A stretch of DNA of 48,303 bases from a candidate division WOR-3 bacterium (GCA_965648905.1 CBFGIT010000020.1:1-48303); one strand, 5' to 3'. Positions 26,658 through 38,979 are shown, counted from the stretch's first letter. Notes: generated by a model not told the origin, from the letters alone. A program made the numbers and translations.

Positions 26658-27566
26658 TCAGCGTGAGTGCTTCTTGAAGAACTCCCAGATTGCCCGGGTC
26701 GCGTCGATGTTTCGGCTTGTTCGGCCGAAACTGCGCGGCCGGCGAGCACCGGAAGGCCAGGTGTGACCTCCACCAACAACCGTGTAGAGCAGTACCTCGC
26801 TGTTGTCGTGGCCGCCGCTCCAGTGCGAACGCACGACCTTGGTTCGGTCAGTCGGGTCGGCGTCGGGCAGGGTCTCGACCGCGGCCGGTTGGGTGCAGCC
26901 ATTAGCCCGGACCCAGAAGTCTGCTGTTGCCGGCGCGGACAGCACACGGCCGCGCTTATGCAGTAGACCGACTCCGCCACCCGCATACGGCACAAGCGGG
27001 TCAGCGGTTCCGCTAATGGCGAGCATCGACACGGGATGCGCCGGGCGAGTCTCGACCAGCGGTTCAGGCAGACCCGCAGCCACCGGCGCGATTGCGGCCA
27101 AACGGTCGCCAAGTTCGATTCCCAGCCGGTGGCACATCATGCCGCCATTCGAGATGCCGGTTGCGTACACCCGCTTCCGGTCGACCCGTCTTTCCCGTAC
27201 CAGTTGGTCAATGAGGAGCTCAATGAAGCCGACATCGTCTACCTGCTCACGCTGCGCCTTGAACCGGCGCACGTTCCGTCCGTCGTTCCAGTGACGATTC
27301 ACCGCTTCCGGGTAGGCGACCACAAACCCGGCAGTGTCTGCCAGTCGGCTGAAACCGGTCAGTGCTTCTACCTTGGCCGCGTCGCCCCCACCGCCATGAA
27401 GCACAATCACTAACGGCAAAGGCTGACCTGAACTGGGATTCACTGGCAGGTGAAGCACATAGCGCCGTGCGGTTCCTTGGTGGATGATGGTATCTGCAGC
27501 CATTGTGCTCTCAGCAGCCAGAAGAACGGCTGCAAGCAGGAAAAGTGCTATCGTCGGTGCCGGCAT
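26658..27566 (-). CDS. Secreted PHB-depolymerase/LpqC-family esterase
   Basis: Signal peptide; VLHGGG, GISNGG nucleophile elbow, GTADPLVP and GGGHTWP. Confidence 0.88.
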   Translation of the reverse strand: MPAPTIALFLLAAVLLAAESTMAADTIIHQGTARRYVLHLPVNPSSGQPLPLVIVLHGGGGDAAKVEALTGFSRLADTAGFVVAYPEAVNRHWNDGRNVRRFKAQREQVDDVGFIELLIDQLVRERRVDRKRVYATGISNGGMMCHRLGIELGDRLAAIAPVAAGLPEPLVETRPAHPVSMLAISGTADPLVPYAGGGVGLLHKRGRVLSAPATADFWVRANGCTQPAAVETLPDADPTDRTKVVRSHWSGGHDNSEVLLYTVVGGGHTWPSGARRPRSFGRTSRNIDATRAIWEFFKKHSR

Positions 27567-27574
27567 TGGAGGAG

Positions 27575-27602
27575 ATTGTAGCAGATTGGTTTCGTGATGC
27601 CA
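27575..27602 (-). promoter_or_regulatory. Extended -10 promoter TGGCAT-N16-(TGc)TACAAT, leaderless
   Basis: ATG follows after 8 nt (ctcctcca); no SD. Confidence 0.55.
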
Positions 27603-27623
27603 GGAACGCTCAATGTGACCCGA

Positions 27624-27657
27624 ACAAACGAAAAGAAGGCCGAGTCCCCCGGCCTTC
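27624..27657 (-). terminator. Intrinsic terminator downstream of 16S rRNA
   Basis: GAAGGCCG/CGGCCTTC stem followed by TTTTCGTTTGT on the minus strand. Confidence 0.8.
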
Positions 27658-27672
27658 CTCGTTCTTCAAGAG

Positions 27673-27701
27673 TGTAACTTAAAAGCGTGCTCGGGTCATG
27701 C
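27673..27701 (-). other. 3' arm of the 16S processing stem
   Basis: aaagcgtgctcgggt is the exact reverse complement of acccgagcacgcttt within 29284..29311. Confidence 0.8.
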
Positions 27702-27712
27702 GAATCTCGTAG

Positions 27713-29258
<1,546 letters not shown>

Positions 29259-29283
29259 ATAATCTTGAAAGGGATGAATAATG

Positions 29284-29330
29284 GCACAACCCGAGCACGC
29301 TTTGGGTTACATCCGAATTATCAAAGAGCG
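29284..29330 (-). other. 5' arm of the 16S processing stem and boxA-like antiterminator
   Basis: Complementary to 27673..27701; boxA-like CGCTCTTTGATAA at 29318..29330. Confidence 0.7.
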
Positions 29331-29345
29331 ATATCTCTGTGAGTA

Positions 29346-29374
29346 ATGGTACAGTCAAGAGTGCTGTTTGTCAA
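29346..29374 (-). promoter_or_regulatory. rRNA promoter TTGACA-N17-TACCAT
   Basis: Lies just upstream of boxA and the leader. Confidence 0.75.
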
Positions 29375-29504
29375 ATCGTGCGAGAGGTTACGCTGTCTGG
29401 CTATGTGCCCACTGAATCTTGAGTTACGCCGCAGACCGAACAGTCAGTCTAAGCGAATACGGAGGGGGTTCCTGGAAGGTGAAGCAAATCGACCGTTCGG
29501 GCAA

Positions 29505-32500
29505 TCAGCGTACAAGCACGAACTTGCGGCTCTGCGTGCTGGAACTCGGCGTCCAGACCACGTACACGCCGGGCGCCAGCTCACCGCCTGACAGCAAGCG
29601 GCATTGCCCGTCTGCGAGCCGAGCCACGACTCTACCGCTCATGTCAAACACGGCTGCTCTGAGGCCCGGGAGCAGACTCAGGTCGGCGGCGCTCAGTGCG
29701 CGGACGGAACTTGAGATGACCGACAAGCTGTGCCTCCCAGAAAATGGCAGGGAATGAGAACTCATGGGCCCATCAAGGGCGGAAGGAGTGAAGCGCCAGA
29801 ATTCCGCGGTCTTGCCGCCCTTCAGCACATAGAAGCTGCCACCCAGGTAATCCAGTCCGGCTCCGTCATTCACCTTGCGGTTCATATCACCGGGTGGCAC
29901 TGGCGGCAGCTCGCGCCATGTCGAATCGGCTCCGTCCAGCTTCCAGAACTCGAGTGTCCCACCGCCCTTGATTGCGGTCAGCAAGCCGTGACCCCAAGCG
30001 ATTGCCCCTCCCTTCTTCACCTTTTTCTTACGACCTGAAGCTCCGTGAAAAGGTATGTTGGTCTGATCGCTGCGCCATGTGCCGGTTCTCAAGTCAAAAC
30101 TGAATACTTCGTTATAGTTCGCCTTCAGACAATACAGGATGCTGTCTGAGCCAACTGCGATTGCACTGCCGTCCTTGTACTTGGACTTGCCGCTGGTGCC
30201 TGCTGGTGCATCGGGCAGCGCCTCCCAGGTGTCGCCGACGACGTTGTAGCGATAGAACTCAGCCGTGCCAGCTCCTTTGAGCAGATACACGTAGCCAGTG
30301 TCGTTGAGCACAGCGAAATCCATACCTGTGCCGCCCTTGAGGGTCTTGTTTCTCGGACCAGCCGGGACACTTGCCAGCTCTGCCCAGCCGACCGTTGAAT
30401 CGTAACGGAGAAGGTCGTTAGTCTTGTTCCCTCTGACAACATAGACCAAGCCATGACCACCCGCACACAATGCGCCGCCAGCGGAGACCGGTCGAACACT
30501 CGGACCTGGCGGCAGATCGGGAAGGGCGAACCAACGGCCGACCCCCGGGTCAAAACGAAACACCTCCCTCGTCTTGTTCCCTTTGAGCGCGAACAGCTCG
30601 CTGCCATTCCCGGCAAGTGAACCACCTTTTGACACGACTCTGCCCGATGCGCCACCGGGAACGTCCTGCATTCTGGTCCACTCACCGGCCGGCAGGTTTG
30701 CGACTCCAAATCGGAACGTGAGCGTGTCGTTCGTGGCAACGCCGTCGCCAACAAGCGCGGTCGAGCACTTGGCGGTGAAGTATCCGACCCGGTCGGCAAC
30801 CCAGGCTGGGAACTGAATTGTTGTATCCCTGCCATTTGCGGCCAGTCGCACCACGCGTGCCTCGTTGTAGACTCGACCGGCATCGCCGTCAATGAACATC
30901 AGGGCCGTGAAATCCACCGTGCCCGCGCCGAAGTTGTGCCACCGTGCAGTCGGGACGACCGCGGACTGGTACCGAACATTGCCACTGGGCGTGACGAGTC
31001 CGCGTACGCCCACGTCGGTCGCAGGTCCGGCGACGTACACCATCGTGTCCCGGGCATCGTTGGCACGGTTGTAGTCGAAGCTGGCCATGGTCGAGCAGCG
31101 GACAGCCCAGTATCCGGGCAACTGCGGGGTCCAGTCCGGAAAGTTGACCGCGGTCTGCTCCCCAGCACCCAGCGTCATCGACACCTCGGACTGGTAGCCG
31201 TCGGAAACCCTCATGTGACAGCGGAACGTAGCTCCCTGAAAGCTGTAGTTCCTGACAAGTGCGCGCGGGATCACCGGACTTCCGAGAACAACCGTGCCCG
31301 TAGGAGCCTGGACAGCTTGGACACCGACGTCCGGAACTTCCTGCAACCTGAGCAGCGTCGGGTCGAAATAGTTCGGAAAGCCCCAGTGCGCGTTGCCCGA
31401 GAGGAAGACATCGGTGCCAGCACATACAACCGCAGTGGCGTTGTTTGCTCCCTCGCTAGTGGCAGGTCGGAAGAAGAACGCCCAGCCGAACGTTCCATTG
31501 CCTGAGTACTTGACCGCAGTCATGTCCGGAAACGTGGCAGTTGTTGATTCGTAGGAGTAGCCGGCCAGCAAGATGTTCCCGGCCGCATCAATCGACATGT
31601 CAAACGCTGCATCATGTGCGGCATCACGGTCGTGCTGCCGCGACCACTGCAGCACACCCGAGCTGTTGTACTTGAGGAGCAGCATATCGTTTCTGGTCGT
31701 AGCGGAGGTGGTCACACCGCAGGCCAGTATTCCGCCGTCAGCGGCAAAGTCGACATCGTAGCCGTATTCAGCCAAGTGCGCGGGTCCATCATACTGCTGC
31801 CACCAGAGCAGACCACCGAGATCGGTGCGTGCGATGAGCAGCAGGTTGGCGTTGCCTCCGGTCACCGTCGTCCCCACAGCAACGACCATTGTCCCGGAGA
31901 TTGCGAGCCTGCGGGCATAGTCCAAGCTGCCAGTATTGTCGAATGTTCGTTCCCAGAGCAGGGTGCCGGATTCGCTATAACAGGCGACGGTCGCATCGTA
32001 AGAGCCGGCAACGAGTGGATCGGCGACTTGACCGCAGATGAAAACCCTGCCTGCGCCGTCTGTCAGGACGTCCAGTCCAGCCTCCGACGCATTGAAAGAG
32101 GTAGAGCGGGACAGAGTCCTTGTCCAGGATATCGCCCCGGTGGCTGCGTCAAGACGCGTCAGCGCAAGGTCCTGCCCGCTTGCGCGGTTACAGATGGTAC
32201 CAGTTACATACACGCGGTCATTCTGCACGGCTATGGCGTACGCTCCGCCGTAGGGTGGGGTCGTATCGCCGTAAACCTTCTGAGACCACAGCAGCGAGCC
32301 GGTTGAGTCGAACTTGGCGATGATAATCGCGGCAGCCGGGTATGAGTACGTACGCCCGGCAACATAACTGCAGTCGTCCCGGTCGGTCGCAATGGCGTAG
32401 GCCGCCTCGTCTGCGCCGCCGTCGTACCGCGCCGACCAGGCGAGCCTGCCGTCCGGTCGGTACTTAAGCACAATCATGTCATGGTCAATCGCACCGTACT

Positions 32501-32681
32501 GACCATAGCAGCAGAGCAGGACATTGCCCGCCCGGTCCAGAGTTGTCGAACGGTAATTCGTCATGTATTGACTGGAGAAACTGGGTGAATACTGGAAGTG
32601 ACGCACCCAGCTCGTGTCGACCTGACCGAGAACCGGCACTGCCAGGAAGAAGGTTGCAAGCAGAACTGCGCTTCGACTCAT
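29505..32681 (-). CDS. Large secreted protein: SBBP-like propeller + 2 CARDB-like Ig + Lys-rich Kelch-like propeller + CTD-like tail
   Basis: Signal peptide, D..gnv..aG..d....KY...G...W repeats, DVGV repeats, ALKGNKT repeats and VFDMSGRVV..LAPGVYVV..RKFVLVR. Confidence 0.85.
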   Translation of the reverse strand: MSRSAVLLATFFLAVPVLGQVDTSWVRHFQYSPSFSSQYMTNYRSTTLDRAGNVLLCCYGQYGAIDHDMIVLKYRPDGRLAWSARYDGGADEAAYAIATDRDDCSYVAGRTYSYPAAAIIIAKFDSTGSLLWSQKVYGDTTPPYGGAYAIAVQNDRVYVTGTICNRASGQDLALTRLDAATGAISWTRTLSRSTSFNASEAGLDVLTDGAGRVFICGQVADPLVAGSYDATVACYSESGTLLWERTFDNTGSLDYARRLAISGTMVVAVGTTVTGGNANLLLIARTDLGGLLWWQQYDGPAHLAEYGYDVDFAADGGILACGVTTSATTRNDMLLLKYNSSGVLQWSRQHDRDAAHDAAFDMSIDAAGNILLAGYSYESTTATFPDMTAVKYSGNGTFGWAFFFRPATSEGANNATAVVCAGTDVFLSGNAHWGFPNYFDPTLLRLQEVPDVGVQAVQAPTGTVVLGSPVIPRALVRNYSFQGATFRCHMRVSDGYQSEVSMTLGAGEQTAVNFPDWTPQLPGYWAVRCSTMASFDYNRANDARDTMVYVAGPATDVGVRGLVTPSGNVRYQSAVVPTARWHNFGAGTVDFTALMFIDGDAGRVYNEARVVRLAANGRDTTIQFPAWVADRVGYFTAKCSTALVGDGVATNDTLTFRFGVANLPAGEWTRMQDVPGGASGRVVSKGGSLAGNGSELFALKGNKTREVFRFDPGVGRWFALPDLPPGPSVRPVSAGGALCAGGHGLVYVVRGNKTNDLLRYDSTVGWAELASVPAGPRNKTLKGGTGMDFAVLNDTGYVYLLKGAGTAEFYRYNVVGDTWEALPDAPAGTSGKSKYKDGSAIAVGSDSILYCLKANYNEVFSFDLRTGTWRSDQTNIPFHGASGRKKKVKKGGAIAWGHGLLTAIKGGGTLEFWKLDGADSTWRELPPVPPGDMNRKVNDGAGLDYLGGSFYVLKGGKTAEFWRFTPSALDGPMSSHSLPFSGRHSLSVISSSVRALSAADLSLLPGLRAAVFDMSGRVVARLADGQCRLLSGGELAPGVYVVWTPSSSTQSRKFVLVR

Positions 32682-32751
32682 CGCACGCTCCTATAAACAC
32701 CATGCGGCAGAACGACAAAGTTCGGGCCCGGGCCGACCAGCAGCCTGGGTA

Positions 32752-32797
32752 TAGAAAGAAGCGACGCCCGAGGTCTGCCGTAACCCTCAGGCGTCGC
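32752..32797 (-). terminator. Strong hairpin with U-rich tail (terminator of groESL-FmdB and/or leader attenuator)
   Basis: GCGACGCCTGAGG..CCTCGGGCGTCGC followed by TTCTTTCT on the minus strand. Confidence 0.65.
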
Positions 32798-32806
32798 AGC
32801 GGTAAT

Positions 32807-32834
32807 ATTGTACCCGACCAGTCGGCAGAATCAA
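32807..32834 (-). promoter_or_regulatory. sigma70-like promoter TTGATT-N16-TACAAT
   Basis: Immediately upstream of the 32761..32797 hairpin. Confidence 0.6.
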
Positions 32835-32850
32835 GCCGAGGGTCGGCGGC

Positions 32851-33108
32851 TCAGTTCTTGGTGTCCGCCGACTTGGGACTTGTCTCCTTCGGTCTGCTGT
32901 CGGTCGCGGGTGGCTGGCTATTGCGCTTGTAGTCGGTGATGTAGAATCCCGAGCCCTTGAATATCAGGCCCGAGCCGCCGGAGATGAGCTGCTCGACACA
33001 GTTCTTCTTCCGGCACTTCGGGCAGTTCTTGATGGGCGGGTCAACGATGCGCTGGAACTCGCTGAACCGGTGGCCGCACTTTGTGCACTGGTACTCGTAG
33101 GTGGGCAT
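32851..33108 (-). CDS. FmdB-family zinc-ribbon protein
   Basis: MPTYEYQCTKCGHRF..CPKC..IFKGSGFYITDY. Confidence 0.92.
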   Translation of the reverse strand: MPTYEYQCTKCGHRFSEFQRIVDPPIKNCPKCRKKNCVEQLISGGSGLIFKGSGFYITDYKRNSQPPATDSRPKETSPKSADTKN

Positions 33109-33118
33109 ATCGGAAACT

Positions 33119-33190
33119 GTTCAAGGGGTCCAGTGGTCGAGTGGTCCTGCGAACCGAACCCGAACTCCGAACCCCTTGAACTTCTGGATG
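33119..33190. repeat. Inverted arrangement of degenerate ~8-nt repeats between groEL and FmdB
   Basis: gttcaagg ggtccagt ggtcgagt ... cccgaact ccgaaccc cttgaact; ttcaagggg pairs with ccccttgaa. Confidence 0.6.
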
Positions 33191-33197
33191 CTATGCT

Positions 33198-34847
<1,650 letters not shown>

Positions 34848-34859
34848 GTCTTTCTCTCC

Positions 34860-35153
34860 TTACTTCTCTTTCTCGACGACCGCAAGCACGTCATCCTCGC
34901 GCATTATCAGGTGCTCTTCGTCGCCGATCCGAATCTCATTGCCCGAGTACTTGCCGAACAAGATGATATCGCCTTTCTTCACTTCCATCGGAATCCGCGT
35001 GCCCTTATCATCGACACGGCCTGGTCCGACGGCGATCACCTTGCCCTGCTGGGGCTTCTCTTTGGCGGAATCAGGAATTATTATCCCGCCCTTTTTTACC
35101 TCTTCTTCGATACGCTCTACCAAGATACGGTCCTGCAGCGGTCTTATCTTCAT
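34860..35153 (-). CDS. groS: Co-chaperonin GroES
   Basis: [48 protein letters not shown]. Confidence 0.99.
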   Translation of the reverse strand: MKIRPLQDRILVERIEEEVKKGGIIIPDSAKEKPQQGKVIAVGPGRVDDKGTRIPMEVKKGDIILFGKYSGNEIRIGDEEHLIMREDDVLAVVEKEK

Positions 35154-35370
35154 GACTCCTCCTTAGGATGATTGTCACGTGAGTATCGCGCTGAGCGGCC
35201 AAGTTCTGACCTGTAGGACCTTCGCAGACCAGACTTTGCGGCTTCATGGGACAGACCAAAGAAGCCGCACTCACTCAGCAAGCCTTCACAAACTTAGACG
35301 CAGCAGTCACTTGCCGGATTCGGTCGAACCTCTCACCAACGACCTGGCATGACGGCAATGGACGACTGCT

Positions 35371-35395
35371 TAACTATTGTATTCCGCGATACTTA
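35371..35395. other. Spaced palindrome TAACT-N15-ACTTA
   Basis: Just 3' of tRNA-Val; same geometry as the site at 19216. Confidence 0.5.
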
Positions 35396-35404
35396 GGCCA
35401 AGGA

Positions 35405-35478
35405 TGGGCGATATCTGAATTGAACAGATGACCTCCTCCTTGTAAGGGAGGCGCTCTAGCCAACTGAGCTAATCGCCC
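35405..35478 (-). tRNA. tRNA-Val (TAC), CCA not encoded
   Basis: GGGCGATTAGCTCAGTTGGCTAGAGCG-CCTCC-CTTACAA-GGAGG-AGGTCATCTGTTCAATTCAGATATCGCCCA folds as a cloverleaf. Confidence 0.95.
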
Positions 35479-35485
35479 GCGCCTG

Positions 35486-35513
35486 ATTATAGGCTTGGGT
35501 CTCCTGATGTCAA
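35486..35513 (-). promoter_or_regulatory. sigma70 promoter TTGACA-N16-TATAAT for tRNA-Val
   Basis: Perfect hexamers; the mature tRNA 5' G follows after 7 nt. Confidence 0.85.
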
Positions 35514-35577
35514 CAGCAGTTGGCGAGAAACGCGGGACAGCCATGGAAGGCCCAGTCCCAAAACCATGAGCAAGCGG

Positions 35578-35775
35578 CAGAGCCAGGCGCTGGGGCTGAT
35601 ACCGACGCGAAAGCCGCGACAAGCGCCAACTAAGCCGCGCATTCAGCAGCCCGGCAAACTGCCGTGCGTTCTGCTGGAATTGCTGCTTGAGATTGCGCCT
35701 TTGGCACCGGACACGGCGTCAGTCGAGACAGCACTCAGGGCAACACCTGAAGCGAAACCTCAGCGACAGCGTGCG
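35578..35775. repeat. Decayed 12-bp-periodic tract
   Basis: In the 35566 reading frame every fourth codon starts with C (Pro at residues 13, 17, 21, 29, 33, 45, 61, 65; Leu/Arg/Gln at 5, 9, 25, 37, 41, 57, 69). Confidence 0.5.
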
Positions 35776-35880
35776 GCACAAGGCGAAACAGGACCAATGC
35801 TGACGCGGATTTGGCCGCACTCTCAATCGCAGACGTGACTACGGCGTGGGGTACGGCCTCTCCCTGACCCAGGTATCGGG

Positions 35881-35956
35881 CAAGTCGTCACCAGTTCAGG
35901 ACTTACATCAGCGAAACCTGCCGCGAGCGCCTAATTCATTCAGGCAACGATAGTTA
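35881..35956. other. Two spaced palindromes: CAAGT-N15-ACTTA (35881..35905) and TAATT-N15-AGTTA (35932..35956)
   Basis: Read directly from the sequence. Confidence 0.5.
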
Positions 35957-36079
35957 GCGCATAGAGTCTAGGCCTGACAACATCCTGTCCCCAGAGAGGG
36001 TCATTCCCTCTGGGCCATAGCCCTCGTTCTAGCGTAAGGCCGGAAAGTGGCAGGCAAGGCAGACGGCCAATGTCCGCCC

Positions 36080-36535
36080 TCAGTCACTCAGCAGGGCCAG
36101 ACTGAGCGCCTCTTCAGGAGTGGCTGCTGGCTGGATGCCCTTGATGTCCCAGGTCCCGAGACCAATGACCCTCTTCCCCATCTTCAGGGCGAAGCCGATC
36201 TCCGAGAGAGTGCCGTAGGACCCGCCAATTGCAATCAGAACATCCGACGTGCGGATGATGGCGAGGTTGCGTGCCTCGCCCATGCCGGTCGCGATGACGA
36301 TATCGACGAAGCTGTTGGCCTGGGCGCGGTTCGTGCCGGGCAGAATCCCGATGGTCAGTCCACCTGCCTGTCTTGCTCCGCAACAGGCTGCTTCCATCAC
36401 TCCACCCATACCCCCGCAGACCAGAGCCGCTCCGGCCTGAGCAATGCCGCGGCCGACCTCCTCGGCCAGGCGCGCAAGCTCCTGGTCGCATTCGCCCTGA
36501 CCGATGACGCCGACGTAGCGCGCCGGTCTATTCAA
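36080..36535 (-). CDS. TIGR00725/LOG-family Rossmann-fold protein (start uncertain, TTG at 36535 or 36553)
   Basis: VGVIG, CGGMGGVMEA, TIGILPG, GMGEARN and GGSYGTLSEI. Confidence 0.9.
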   Translation of the reverse strand: MNRPARYVGVIGQGECDQELARLAEEVGRGIAQAGAALVCGGMGGVMEAACCGARQAGGLTIGILPGTNRAQANSFVDIVIATGMGEARNLAIIRTSDVLIAIGGSYGTLSEIGFALKMGKRVIGLGTWDIKGIQPAATPEEALSLALLSD

Positions 36536-38285
36536 ACAGTGAAACAATCTCAAACCGGGCCACGTCCACGAGTCCGCGGTCAGTCAGTTTGAGTTCCGGG
36601 ATGACCGGCAAGGACAGGAACGACAGAGTGATGAACGGATTGGCAAGGCGCGAGCCCCAGACATGGGCCTTCTCCAGCAACTTGTGCAGGTCAGCCACAA
36701 CCTCGTCTGCTGACGAATCCGACATCAGCCCGGCAATCGGCAGCTCAAGCCGGGCCGCAACCTGTCCGTCGGCAACTGCCACATACCCGCCGCCCATCTT
36801 CTTCAGCTCTTTCGCAGCCTTGAGCATGTCCGCGTCGTTGGTGCCGACGATGACAAGGTTGTGCGAGTCATGCGCTACGGTCGTACCCAATGCACCCTTT
36901 TTCAGGTTGAAGCCGGAGACCAGGCCCAGTCCGATACGGCCCGAGGCTTTGTGCCGCTCGATGACCGCGAGTTTGAGCAGGTCGCGCTCCGGGTCAGCGA
37001 CAACCATCCCTTTCTCGACCTTGGGGCGAACCAGATGCCGGTCGGTGATAATCTGGTCGGGCACAACTCTGATTGCCCGCAGCATGCCGCTCTCTGCCCT
37101 GATGGCAAAGCTCTTTGCGGCCAGCGTGCCGATGTTCACGGTATCCAGCACCGTCTTGTCCTCTACCACCGGCAGCCGGGTAGAGACCTGACCCCTTTGA
37201 GCGACAAGTCGACCGGCCTTGAACACGGCCAACACTTGGAACGAAGCCAGGTCGTGGCAGACCACGATATCGGCACCGAACCCGGGCGCGAGTGCACCCC
37301 GGGCTTTCAGACCGAAGTACTCGGCCGCATTGAGCGTAGCCATCTGGACCGCACCAACCGGGTGCATGCCCTGGGCAACCGCCTTGCGCAAGATCGCATC
37401 CATATAGCCGAAGCGGACCAGCTCTTCCGGATGGCGGTCGTCCGACACAAAGAAACAGCGTCTGAGCCTGAAGTCGTTGATGACCGGGAGCAGGGCCACC
37501 ATGTTCTTTGCGGCCGAGCCTTCCCTGACCATCAGCCGCATCCCGGCCCTGAGCTTCTCGGTCGCCTCGTGCGGCCCGACGCACTCGTGGTCTGAGCCGA
37601 CGCCGGCAAGCACGTACGCCTGCAAGAGCTGGCCGACCACTCCTGGCGCATGGCCGTCAATCAACTTACCCGCCTCCTTTGCTGCGGCCAGCTTGGCATG
37701 CACGTCTTTGTCCTCGAACACAACACCCGGGTAGTTCATCACCTCAGCCAGGCCGATTACTCGGTCGAGCTTCAGCAGTTCCGTCACCTCTTTCGCGCCG
37801 ACAACTGCCCCCGCTGACTCCATTGCCGTTGCCGGCACGCACGACGGCGCAAGGAAGAAAACATCCAACGGCAGGTTCTCGCTTGCCCTGAGCAGGTACT
37901 TCACCCCGGCCATGCCAAGCACGTTGGCGATTTCGTGCGGGTCAGCCACAACCGTGGTTGTGCCGTGTATCAGGGCCAGACGGGCAAACTCATGCACCGG
38001 CAGGAGTGAGCTCTCGATGTGAACATGGCCATCAATCAGGCCCGGGAGAACGTACTGACCACCCAAGTCGATCGTCTCGGCGGCGTTACGGTACTCATGC
38101 CCGACACCACAGATGATGCCGTTCTTGATGGCGATATTGGCTCGTGCCACCTCGCCGGTGAACACATTCACCACTTCACCGTTCAGAAGCAACAGGTCGG
38201 CCGGCTCTTCGCCTCGGGCTACGGCCAACAGGCTCCCCCGCGGTTGGATGCTGGTTCCGGTCTTCTTCTTTCTCGCCTCAGCCAT
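36528..38285 (-). CDS. ade: Adenine deaminase
   Basis: PGLIDGHVHIESS, DPHEIANV, IDGHAP, DHEC, REGS, SDD and VAHDSHN. Start moved to the ATG at 38285. Confidence 0.96.
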   Translation of the reverse strand: MAEARKKKTGTSIQPRGSLLAVARGEEPADLLLLNGEVVNVFTGEVARANIAIKNGIICGVGHEYRNAAETIDLGGQYVLPGLIDGHVHIESSLLPVHEFARLALIHGTTTVVADPHEIANVLGMAGVKYLLRASENLPLDVFFLAPSCVPATAMESAGAVVGAKEVTELLKLDRVIGLAEVMNYPGVVFEDKDVHAKLAAAKEAGKLIDGHAPGVVGQLLQAYVLAGVGSDHECVGPHEATEKLRAGMRLMVREGSAAKNMVALLPVINDFRLRRCFFVSDDRHPEELVRFGYMDAILRKAVAQGMHPVGAVQMATLNAAEYFGLKARGALAPGFGADIVVCHDLASFQVLAVFKAGRLVAQRGQVSTRLPVVEDKTVLDTVNIGTLAAKSFAIRAESGMLRAIRVVPDQIITDRHLVRPKVEKGMVVADPERDLLKLAVIERHKASGRIGLGLVSGFNLKKGALGTTVAHDSHNLVIVGTNDADMLKAAKELKKMGGGYVAVADGQVAARLELPIAGLMSDSSADEVVADLHKLLEKAHVWGSRLANPFITLSFLSLPVIPELKLTDRGLVDVARFEIVSLFE

Positions 38286-38820
38286 CGCTCTTCTCCTCGA
38301 CGTAGCCGACGTAGGGCAGGTTGCGGAACCGCTCGGCACAGTCCGCACCGTAGCCGACCACGAACTTGTCCGGCACCTCGAACCCGACGTAGTCTGGCTT
38401 GATCTTCACCTTACGCCGCGCCGGCTTGTCCATCAGCGCGACGATTTTCAGACTGCGCGGCTTCCTCAGCTTCAGATTCTCAACGATGTACTTGAGTGTC
38501 AACCCGGTATCAAGGATATCTTCAACCACGACCACATCCCGATTCTCAAGCGGGCACTTCAGGTCGAGAACGATCTTGACCACGCCCGAGGTCCTGGTAC
38601 TCGCGCCGTAGCTTGAGACCGTCATGAAATCGATAATGACCGGAACCGTCATCTGGCGCGCAAGGTCGGCGAGGAAGACCCATGAGCCTTTCAAGATGCC
38701 AACCAACAGCACCTCGCGGCCCGCGTAGTCGGATGAAAGCTGCTCGGCCAGCTCCTTGACGCGCTGGGCAATTGCTGTCTGAGTGATAAGGACCGGCGGG
38801 AGTTTCTCTAGGTCTGTCAT
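38278..38820 (-). CDS. hpt: Hypoxanthine phosphoribosyltransferase
   Basis: GILKGS, VSSYG, VVEDILDTGLTL and FVVGYG..RNLP. Confidence 0.96.
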   Translation of the reverse strand: MTDLEKLPPVLITQTAIAQRVKELAEQLSSDYAGREVLLVGILKGSWVFLADLARQMTVPVIIDFMTVSSYGASTRTSGVVKIVLDLKCPLENRDVVVVEDILDTGLTLKYIVENLKLRKPRSLKIVALMDKPARRKVKIKPDYVGFEVPDKFVVGYGADCAERFRNLPYVGYVEEKSDG

Positions 38821-38849
38821 TTCGCCTCAGGCGGCTTCGCTATCGGAAA

Positions 38850-38924
38850 TCGGGGCGACTGGATTTGAACCAGCGACCTCTTGGTCCCGAACCAAGCGCG
38901 CTAAACCAACTGCGCTACGCCCCG
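38850..38924 (-). tRNA. tRNA-Pro (CGG), CCA not encoded
   Basis: CGGGGCGTAGCGCAGTTGGTTTAGCGCG-CTTGG-TTCGGGA-CCAAG-AGGTCGCTGGTTCAAATCCAGTCGCCCCGA. Confidence 0.96.
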
Positions 38925-38979
38925 GACAATCTGCTGGTCACCCGGCGTCTGCGGCCTGACCCAGCGACCAACGCGGCAT

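Noticed and set aside
35160..35300. CIRCE/HrcA operator upstream of groES
   Set aside because: Only a half-site (GCACTC at about 35267) is visible; there is no TTAGCACTC-N9-GAGTGCTAA. A partial match near 19003 is also incomplete.
35566..35838. 90-aa ORF as a real gene
   Set aside because: Better explained as the reading frame of a 12-bp-periodic tract; no recognisable domain.
38925..38979. Genome-wide loss of RNase P
   Set aside because: tRNA-Pro has a ~48-nt leader after its promoter and so needs 5' processing.
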